In this document: in pieces, positions 1 to 5,484 of the stretch
How the letters are laid out: every line of letters starts with the position of its first letter
Position numbering within the stretch: the stretch's first letter is position 1
DNA from: a virus
Lineage: Duplodnaviria > Caudoviricetes
IMG/VR virus record: IMGVR_UViG_3300037742_000045
Location: 1-24,889 of that record
Length of the DNA: 24,889 nucleotides
Direction: 5' to 3' (one strand)
Notes under the pieces: generated by a model
What the model was told of the DNA's origin: nothing
Seen by the model: the letters and a program-made list of their open reading frames with translations, nothing else
Databases searched by the model: none
Program-made: the position numbers and the translations under genes

Positions 1-144
1 ACTGAATCTGAAGCAAAAAACATTTGCAGGAGACCAGAAGATTCTGCTTACAAAATAGAATATATTGATAATTTGTTAAAAGCTCAAAAACTAATTATTG
101 ATAGTCAATACGTAGATAAAAACGAACGATTCTTTGAGAAGTAA
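1..144 (+). CDS. hypothetical protein, 5'-truncated by window edge
   Basis: Open frame 1 from base 1 (TESEAKNICRRPEDSAYK...ERFFEK) to TAA at 142-144, co-directional with the following small genes. Confidence 0.65.
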   Translation, partial: TESEAKNICRRPEDSAYKIEYIDNLLKAQKLIIDSQYVDKNERFFEK

Positions 145-161
145 CCCCAATATATTAAGCT

Positions 162-656
162 ATGGAAAATAAAGAAAAAGTGTATTTGAAAGGAAGTCTG
201 TCTTATAGTGACGAATTAAGTTCTAAATTTCAACTATCATTCATTGATTATAAGGAATATTTTATATTGAGAAATAATCACGACGCCTTCTTAAGACAAC
301 CCCTATGTATTTCTCAATTCGTTGCTTGTAAGTTTGTTGGTGGTAAGTGGGTTGTCTTGGAAGAACCTAAAAGAGATTTTGAAGAATATGATGTTACAGA
401 AAGAGGAAGTTCTAAAGATGCGTTCTATGAGGATTATTTTGAATTTCAGGAGGCAAAACAACGTGTATTATTTTCTAATTGCGAATATCTTGGAACTAAA
501 GAAGGAAATCATGTTGTGATGTTTAAAAACGAAAATTCGATTGTAAAAAACTACATTAGAATACCAATCTTTCAGAAATCTACACAAACCATCGAAGACC
601 TAACAAAATACAATTTAGAACTATCAAAAACAGCGGTAAAAACATTGGGATTATGA
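162..656 (+). CDS. phage hypothetical protein (164 aa)
   Basis: ATG in A-rich context; ATGA overlap with next gene; FLRQPL..VLEEP..EAKQRVLF..TIEDL pattern resembles, from memory, Flavobacteriia-phage hypotheticals. Confidence 0.8.
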   Translation: MENKEKVYLKGSLSYSDELSSKFQLSFIDYKEYFILRNNHDAFLRQPLCISQFVACKFVGGKWVVLEEPKRDFEEYDVTERGSSKDAFYEDYFEFQEAKQRVLFSNCEYLGTKEGNHVVMFKNENSIVKNYIRIPIFQKSTQTIEDLTKYNLELSKTAVKTLGL

Positions 657-847
657 ACACAATAGAATATCTTTTAGTAATATCCTGGTTCTTAGGAGCT
701 GGAGTGATTCTTTACATAGTCACCCACGAACAATGTAAATTAAATAAAAAAGACAATTGCCAACATAAAGAAGTGGGCGAATATACAGGCAAAAGAAAAA
801 CCTCTAAAATATGTTTGGATTGTAAGAGTAAATTAAAAAATAAATAG
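653..847 (+). CDS. small membrane protein with C-terminal Cys/His cluster (possible Zn ribbon)
   Basis: N-terminal hydrophobic helix (YLLVISWFLGAGVILYIV), then CQH...CLDC; ATGA overlap with upstream gene. Confidence 0.7.
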   Translation: MNTIEYLLVISWFLGAGVILYIVTHEQCKLNKKDNCQHKEVGEYTGKRKTSKICLDCKSKLKNK

Positions 848-849
848 TT

Positions 850-1083
850 ATGAGAGATAAACAGTTAACACAGCAAAAAGCACAAAGTGAATACGAAATA
901 GATTCGTTAATTCAATTCTTAACCCTACAAAAAAGTAGAGGTGCTACACATTGCCGATGGTGGTGGAGTAAGGATCCAATGTGGGGATTTGAATGGTTCG
1001 AAACATTTAGTAAATTTACTGAAGATGAAATTAAAGCAGCTCAAAAAGCAGCTTTGCAAAAACAAATAGACGAATTAGGATAA
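850..1083 (+). CDS. phage hypothetical protein (77 aa)
   Basis: Starts 2 nt after previous stop; ends directly before terminator. Confidence 0.75.
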   Translation: MRDKQLTQQKAQSEYEIDSLIQFLTLQKSRGATHCRWWWSKDPMWGFEWFETFSKFTEDEIKAAQKAALQKQIDELG

Positions 1084-1084
1084 C

Positions 1085-1121
1085 AAAAAAAAGACGCCAA
1101 TCTAACGAGAAGCGTCTTTTT
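1085..1121. terminator. bidirectional intrinsic terminator at the convergence of + genes and the - strand tRNA/late transcript
   Basis: AAAAAGACGC (1088-1097) / GCGTCTTTTT (1112-1121) inverted repeat with A-tract on the left and T-tract on the right. Confidence 0.8.
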
Positions 1122-1197
1122 AACGTAATAACCAAACTAAAACTATGAAATCGGATAGTGAAGATAATCAAAAATAATTACATACACAAAAAAATAG

Positions 1198-1279
1198 TAC
1201 CGAAGATGGGACTAGAACCCATAAAACTCTAGTTTCTAAGACTAGGCACTCTGCCAATTCGCTTTTATGTCACTTCGGT
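1198..1279 (-). tRNA. trnL: tRNA-Leu(TAG), atypical (expanded D region, short variable loop, T-loop TTCTAGT); possibly degenerate
   Basis: Acceptor ACCGAAG/CTTCGGT + A73; anticodon arm CTAGT-CTTAGAA-ACTAG; T arm ATGGG-TTCTAGT-CCCAT. Confidence 0.75.
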
Positions 1280-1284
1280 GATTG

Positions 1285-1360
1285 AGATAAGTATCGGAAT
1301 CGAACCGATATTAAATTCGTTTTGCAGACGAATACCTTTTCCAATATTGGTTAACTTATC
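1285..1360 (-). tRNA. trnC: tRNA-Cys(GCA)
   Basis: Acceptor GATAAGT/ACTTATC + U73 (Cys identity element); anticodon arm TTCGT-CTGCAAA-ACGAA; T arm ATCGG-TTCGATT-CCGAT. Confidence 0.92.
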
Positions 1361-1366
1361 ATTTTG

Positions 1367-1453
1367 CAGAGAACAAGGGAATCGAACCCTCACCACTTTT
1401 ACATGAAATCGATTAGCAGTCGATCGCAACAACCCAATATTTGCCTATTCTCT
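1367..1453 (-). tRNA. trnS: tRNA-Ser(GCT)
   Basis: Acceptor AGAGAAT/GTTCTCT + G73; anticodon arm ATCGA-CTGCTAA-TCGAT; long variable arm; T arm GAGGG-TTCGATT-CCCTT. Confidence 0.9.
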
Positions 1454-1458
1454 ATTTG

Positions 1459-1545
1459 TGGAGGCAGTAAGACTCGAACTCACACGCCATTACGGCTAAC
1501 TGTTTTCAAGACAGCAACCCATAGACCAACTTGGTTTATACCTCC
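1459..1545 (-). tRNA. trnS: tRNA-Ser(TGA)
   Basis: Acceptor GGAGGTA/TGCCTCC + A73; anticodon arm GCTGT-CTTGAAA-ACAGT; variable arm GCC-GTAAT-GGC; T arm GTGAG-TTCGAGT-CTTAC. Confidence 0.9.
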
Positions 1546-1549
1546 ATTG

Positions 1550-1624
1550 TACTCCTTATGTGATTCGAACACACACCTGTACAGATTTTAAGTCTGATGC
1601 CTCTACCGTTTGGGCTAAAGGAGT
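1550..1624 (-). tRNA. trnL: tRNA-Leu(TAA) with short variable loop
   Basis: Acceptor ACTCCTT/AAGGAGT + A73; D arm GCC..GGC; anticodon arm TCAGA-CTTAAAA-TCTGT; variable ACAGGT; T arm GTGTG-TTCGAAT-CACAT. Confidence 0.9.
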
Positions 1625-1627
1625 TTG

Positions 1628-1700
1628 TGGAAAAGGTTAGATTCGAACTAACAACGCTCAGCTCTTCAAACTGACGCTCTACCAATTTAGCTACATTTCC
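1628..1700 (-). tRNA. trnF: tRNA-Phe(GAA)
   Basis: Acceptor GGAAATG/CTTTTCC (one T-T mismatch) + A73; anticodon arm TCAGT-TTGAAGA-GCTGA; T arm GTTAG-TTCGAAT-CTAAC. Confidence 0.92.
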
Positions 1701-1705
1701 ATTTG

Positions 1706-1786
1706 TGCAAGCGGTAGGATTCGAACCTACATAGAATTAACGACGGGTTTACAATCCGCTGATTTCGCCCACTTACCATCACTCAC
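1706..1786 (-). tRNA. trnY: tRNA-Tyr(GTA), wobble-rich
   Basis: Acceptor GTGAGTG/CGCTTGC (3 G-U pairs) + A73; anticodon arm GCGGA-TTGTAAA-CCCGT; 12-nt variable region; T arm GTAGG-TTCGAAT-CCTAC. Confidence 0.82.
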
Positions 1787-1821
1787 AAAATAAAAAAATC
1801 CCACTCTTTCGAATAGGATTT
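1787..1821 (-). terminator. attenuator (intrinsic terminator) immediately 5' of the tRNA array
   Basis: Minus strand AAATCCTATTC-GAAA-GAGTGGGATTT-TTTTATTTT: 11-bp stem (2 G-U), GNRA loop, U tract ending 1 nt before tRNA-Tyr. Confidence 0.88.
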
Positions 1822-1862
1822 AATTTATATAATTTGAAATTATATCATACCAAATCCCTATC
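1812..1862 (-). promoter_or_regulatory. antiterminator hairpin, mutually exclusive with the 1787-1821 terminator
   Basis: GATAGGGATTTGGT (1862-1849, leader codons 17-21) pairs with ATTAAATCCTATT (1824-1812, terminator 5' arm) with one bulge, closing an inner perfect hairpin ATATAATT-TCA-AATTATAT (1845-1827). Confidence 0.78.
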
Positions 1863-1910
1863 ACCTAAAAGCGAATAACAAAATGATAAATATAAACTTG
1901 TTTTTTTCAT
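1845..1910 (-). CDS. tRNA-array leader (attenuator) peptide MKKTSLYLSFCYSLLGDRDLV
   Basis: ATG AAA AAA ACA AGT TTA TAT TTA TCA TTT TGT TAT TCG CTT TTA GGT GAT AGG GAT TTG GTA TGA; codons 5-15 match the anticodons of the downstream array; lies between promoter and terminator. Confidence 0.85.
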   Translation of the reverse strand: MKKTSLYLSFCYSLLGDRDLV

Positions 1911-1914
1911 ACTG

Positions 1915-1945
1915 CAATACTATAAAATATTTTTCAATCTACAAA
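1915..1945 (-). promoter_or_regulatory. Bacteroidota primary-sigma promoter for leader + tRNA array
   Basis: TTTG (1945-1942) - 19 nt - TAGTATTG (1922-1915), one mismatch to the TTTG-N19-21-TAnnTTTG consensus; predicted start at or near the leader ATG. Confidence 0.7.
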
Positions 1946-2409
1946 GAAAACTTTCGATAAATTTTCCAACACACAAACAAAATCACAATAATTAACGGAA
2001 ACCACCACCATTTTATTAATCCTTCTCGCTCACTTTGCTTTGCTTGGACAGTCTTTTTTGTCTGTTCCTGTTTTTTCGTGTTTGTATTTGTTTTGTCGGT
2101 TGTTTTTTCATTGATTAGTGTATTTGTATTGTTATCAGTTTTTAGTGCCTTATTTCGCTTTATTTTGCGCTGTGTGATTTTCTTGCCAGGTGTTTCAATA
2201 ATCGTTTCTTCAATCACTTCTTTAGTAGAATCGGTAAATACAATTCTAGCTTCTTCTTTTACATTAGAATCAATCACAACATCGTTTTTAATTTCTGTTG
2301 TTTCTTGTTTATTAGCTTCGGTTACTTCCTTTGTCTTTTCGACTTTACGGGCACCGCATCCGAAGCATAAAAATAATAGTAGTATTCCGATTGTGATTTC
2401 TTTTTTCAT
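1939..2409 (-). CDS. unimolecular spanin-like lipoprotein
   Basis: Lipoprotein signal (MKK..ILLLFLCFG-C), T/K/E-rich periplasmic linker, C-terminal TM helix (WWWFPLIIVILFVCW) then basic tail; downstream of endolysin. Confidence 0.75.
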   Translation of the reverse strand: MKKEITIGILLLFLCFGCGARKVEKTKEVTEANKQETTEIKNDVVIDSNVKEEARIVFTDSTKEVIEETIIETPGKKITQRKIKRNKALKTDNNTNTLINEKTTDKTNTNTKKQEQTKKTVQAKQSEREGLIKWWWFPLIIVILFVCWKIYRKFSL

Positions 2410-2522
2410 TTTTTCTCTTGTTTAGGTCTTAGTTTTTCAGGTGGCATTGGAATAGTTTTACTCCCCCTACTTCTTGATGGTTCGTTTATTATGCTTCTGA
2501 GTAGTAATAATTCAAGTATCAT
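2406..2522 (-). CDS. small hypothetical protein, 38 aa (MILELLLLRSIINEPSRSRGSKTIPMPPEKLRPKQEKK), absent from ORF track
   Basis: Fills the gap exactly, with ATGA start/stop overlaps to both neighbours. Confidence 0.65.
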   Translation of the reverse strand: MILELLLLRSIINEPSRSRGSKTIPMPPEKLRPKQEKK

Positions 2523-2749
2523 GACAATAATATTTTAATAGTTTCTTCATTCTGTTTTTGTTGCAGCACATTTCGAACAATTTCGCAATCACTATACATT
2601 TGTTCGGTTTCAAAAACCATTAGTACAATTTCCAAATCACTTATAGTTTTCTCTTTGCACCAATCAATAAACCTCGATTCTGTTTTAATTAATCCACGAA
2701 TCCAAAGCGGGTTAATTAGTTCGTTGTATGCTTTGAAGGAATTTTTCAT
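2519..2749 (-). CDS. hypothetical protein (76 aa)
   Basis: In-operon ORF between endolysin and spanin. Confidence 0.7.
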   Translation of the reverse strand: MKNSFKAYNELINPLWIRGLIKTESRFIDWCKEKTISDLEIVLMVFETEQMYSDCEIVRNVLQQKQNEETIKILLS

Positions 2750-2771
2750 ATCGGAACGGTTTTAAGTTACG

Positions 2772-3332
2772 TCATGCAGTGAACATTTTTTTGTACTTTA
2801 AAAGTAGTGATTTTCTATGTTCTAAACCATTTGTTCCACCATTTATTTTTTTGGTAATGGTTAAAATATCATCTTTATCGGCCCATGTGTTTAAAAGATA
2901 GTTGTTATTCCAAAACCATAAAGCGGAAATCATCGCGTTGCTTTCTTCAAGTAATAGGTCGGGATTTGAAACGAAATCTATTCCTGTTTTTTTTGACAAT
3001 TTAATATAATTTTCTTTGCCAGTTATTTGGATAAATCCACGCCCTCGGTATCTCCATCCGTCCCCACTTTGCTCCGATCCGTTTCCCATACGATTGGCGT
3101 AAACTTTATTCGCAATGTTAATAGGTTTTCTTTGGTAAGATTCCGCACTTTGTTTATCCGGAAAGTATTTTTTAAATGTTGTTTGAAGTCCTATTGATGA
3201 ATAGTTAAGATTTTCAGAAATTGGCTTTAATCCGCTCTCGTGGTCAATCTGAGCAAAGAAGTGAGCCAATCTTAAAGGTGTATTAACTCCGTTATTTGAA
3301 AGTAATGTTTTGTATTTATTTGCTAGTTCCAT
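2772..3332 (-). CDS. endolysin, glycoside hydrolase family 19 (chitinase/lysozyme-like)
   Basis: AHFFAQIDHESG, ENLNYS, GDGWRYRGRGFIQITGKENY, TKKINGGTNGLEHR motifs. Confidence 0.93.
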   Translation of the reverse strand: MELANKYKTLLSNNGVNTPLRLAHFFAQIDHESGLKPISENLNYSSIGLQTTFKKYFPDKQSAESYQRKPINIANKVYANRMGNGSEQSGDGWRYRGRGFIQITGKENYIKLSKKTGIDFVSNPDLLLEESNAMISALWFWNNNYLLNTWADKDDILTITKKINGGTNGLEHRKSLLLKYKKMFTA

Positions 3333-3471
3333 TTCTTTTTTCTTTTATCCAATTTTTAAATAATTGCAATTCTTTTTCCGACCGTTGAATTGATTGTATC
3401 AAAATTTTACGGCTAACATCTATTTCTTCTTTTATGAATTCTATTTTCTGATTCGGTAAACACATATCCAT
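3316..3471 (-). CDS. small helical protein, 51 aa (MDMCLPNQKIEFIKEE...RNGTSK), absent from ORF track
   Basis: TAATG coupling to upstream stop; overlaps endolysin start. Confidence 0.65.
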   Translation of the reverse strand: MDMCLPNQKIEFIKEEIDVSRKILIQSIQRSEKELQLFKNWIKEKRNGTSK

Positions 3472-3719
3472 TATTTCTCCTTTCTCAACTCGATCATGTT
3501 TCTGACGAACTCATTATAAGAGTTGTTCACTTTTATTAAAGCTTCATTCGATGCTCTTAGTTCGGAAATATATTCTTTGTTTAATGTCTGCACATTTTTG
3601 TATAAAAAAACGATTACAGCCCCAAAAGCGAAAACAATAGCGATTAAAACACCTTCCGGCGTAGAATTATTTGTAGTCATCATCTTTTGTAAATCTACTG
3701 CGGTTTGTAAGCTAATCAT
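3471..3719 (-). CDS. holin/antiholin-like protein, single TM + coiled coil (start revised to 3719, 82 aa)
   Basis: ATG at 3719 overlaps upstream TGA (ATGA); TM GVLIAIVFAFGAVIVFLY followed by amphipathic helix. Confidence 0.65.
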   Translation of the reverse strand: MISLQTAVDLQKMMTTNNSTPEGVLIAIVFAFGAVIVFLYKNVQTLNKEYISELRASNEALIKVNNSYNEFVRNMIELRKEK

Positions 3720-4093
3720 AATGATAAACGTTTTTTTATATAAAAAACTAAGGCTAAGGTAATAATAACAGCGCAAATAACGATATTAAAAATCTTTGAA
3801 TATGTTACATAATTCACATGCGTGCCTATAATGTCCACAATATTTATTAATATCAAGCCTATAGGTGCATTTTTGGTAAACCAGCAATAATTGCCTTTGA
3901 AGTTGAAAAGATAAAACGCGATTAAATTTGAAATAATAGAACAGCCAATGGCATTTCCTAAAACAACATAATTATATACAACTCCTTTATAATCAACGTA
4001 GTTTGAAAATAGCGTAGCTAAAAGCATCAGGATAGGCACTAAATAAATGTACCTATCCAAAAATGCTTTTAAATATAACCTCAGCCCGTTCAT
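3716..4093 (-). CDS. multi-pass membrane protein (about 4 TM) in lysis region
   Basis: Four hydrophobic segments in 125 aa; translationally coupled to neighbours. Confidence 0.7.
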   Translation of the reverse strand: MNGLRLYLKAFLDRYIYLVPILMLLATLFSNYVDYKGVVYNYVVLGNAIGCSIISNLIAFYLFNFKGNYCWFTKNAPIGLILINIVDIIGTHVNYVTYSKIFNIVICAVIITLALVFYIKKRLSL

Positions 4094-4395
4094 TATGGTT
4101 TTGGGTTTTTTATGCCACCACCACCAATATCTTCCGGATCTGGTTCAGGGGGCGGCGGATCACCTTCTTTTGACACATAGGCCGAGCTTGCGTTTTCGGT
4201 CATGGTAGATATGACCTTGTCCTTAGCTGTACTCCCAGTACTAGCCCCAAAGAAATACTGCATAACACCACCAATGTATCCAATAAGCGCACCGAGCACC
4301 ATGTCTTTAATGTCTAAGAAAGATATTGCACACATTCCAAAGACTACCACGAAAACCGCCAGAAAAGTTTTTACTGTTAAATTACTTAATTTCAT
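4093..4395 (-). CDS. putative holin, 2 TM with Pro/Gly-rich tail
   Basis: Two hydrophobic helices followed by YFFGASTGSTAKD; first gene of lysis cassette. Confidence 0.65.
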   Translation of the reverse strand: MKLSNLTVKTFLAVFVVVFGMCAISFLDIKDMVLGALIGYIGGVMQYFFGASTGSTAKDKVISTMTENASSAYVSKEGDPPPPEPDPEDIGGGGIKNPKP

Positions 4396-4412
4396 CTCTC
4401 ATTAATTTTTAA

Positions 4413-5051
4413 TTATACCGCAAGCATTTCTGCCCTTTTCGTTTCTAATAGTGGCAATGTTGCAGCCGGTGACAAGCCCTCTACCATAGCAATAACAATA
4501 TCCGCTTTTTCAAAATCCCAATTTGAAACGTGTGAAGATGCACAGGCCCTAAAGTCTTCAATAAAGGAAATAAATATATCATATAAATTAGACTCCGATT
4601 CATGTTTGTGAATAATGAAATCAGATACTTTTTTCGCCCTGTTTCCAGTTGGCGTAAGTCCATGAGAAACAAGTAACGCATCTAATTCCTCGCCTGTTGG
4701 ATAATCTCGACTAAACTCATCAGTAATAGCTCTAAGCATCGTTGAATTTACTTTGTTGCCTTTAGATACATGATATTTTTCATCACGAAGTTTCTTTATG
4801 CTTTCCAAATCAATTCTACTTCCGTCTTTACCCATAGAAGATATCAATGCCCTTGTCATCAATGCGGTTACATTACTCATAATGCGTTCGGTGTAGATAG
4901 GTGTTTTTTCCGCCGCAATTTCTTCCGGCGTTGGTCCGGTAATTTCAATCACTTCATACGGAAAACCCTGCATCTCCACAGGCACTGATACCAAATCTGG
5001 GAACTCTGCATAAGCTCCATTTCCTAAATTTACTCTAATTTTTGTTGCCAT
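4413..5051 (-). CDS. tail fibre-associated protein (chaperone-like), paralog of 5481-6119
   Basis: 212 aa, colinear with 5481-6119 product; position downstream of fibre gene; function inferred. Confidence 0.6.
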   Translation of the reverse strand: MATKIRVNLGNGAYAEFPDLVSVPVEMQGFPYEVIEITGPTPEEIAAEKTPIYTERIMSNVTALMTRALISSMGKDGSRIDLESIKKLRDEKYHVSKGNKVNSTMLRAITDEFSRDYPTGEELDALLVSHGLTPTGNRAKKVSDFIIHKHESESNLYDIFISFIEDFRACASSHVSNWDFEKADIVIAMVEGLSPAATLPLLETKRAEMLAV

Positions 5052-5070
5052 TTTTTATTAATTTTTAAGG

Positions 5071-5484
5071 TTAATTTTTCCAAGCACGTTGACCGAACCA
5101 TTTCACGGCCATATATCTTGTTTTGTTATCAATGTTTCTTAATGACGTTTTGCTTCTGCCGCTCAATTTTGAGGACCATATAAGCATTTCGCTATCAGCA
5201 AAATTACGGTTTCCAATTCTATTTTCATACAAATAATCGTGAATTAAGAACGAAAGTTCTGCGTCACTATCTGTCGGAAACAACCACCACAATAGGCGAG
5301 GAACTGAAGCAAGATCCCAAATATATCCTTTTGGGATCACAACAATATATTTATTTGATAATTCTATCTCTAAAGTCTCCAATAAAATATATTGATTGAT
5401 AGTATTTCTACCATAAACTCGTGATTTTTTAACCGGGTTTTCGCGTTTAAGCAAACCAATAATATTTTCAAGGGTAATTATCAT
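5071..5484 (-). CDS. DUF1353-family protein
   Basis: VIPKGYIWDLASVPRLLW...LIHDYLY...ADSEM...YMAVKWFG signature. Confidence 0.85.
   Translation of the reverse strand: MIITLENIIGLLKRENPVKKSRVYGRNTINQYILLETLEIELSNKYIVVIPKGYIWDLASVPRLLWWLFPTDSDAELSFLIHDYLYENRIGNRNFADSEMLIWSSKLSGRSKTSLRNIDNKTRYMAVKWFGQRAWKN

Noticed and set aside
322-519. 65-aa alternative-frame ORF
   Set aside because: Nested in 162-656 with a GTT-region non-ATG start and no independent support
1364-1591. 75-aa + strand ORF from the track
   Set aside because: Antisense shadow of tRNA genes; RESNP/DSNT are translations of reverse-complemented T loops
1198-1624. Suppressor tRNAs or stop-codon recoding (TAA, TAG, TGA triplets in anticodon loops)
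   Set aside because: Read 5'->3' these anticodons decode UUA, CUA and UCA; genes here end in all three stop codons and translate intact with code 11
1198-1786. Periodic TCGAAC repeats every ~75-90 nt suggesting a CRISPR-like array
   Set aside because: These are tRNA T loops; each unit folds as a cloverleaf and there is no constant direct repeat
3720-3776. Track's N-terminal extensions (3776 start; likewise 6140 start)
   Set aside because: They overlap upstream genes; coupled ATGs at 3719 and 6119 fit better
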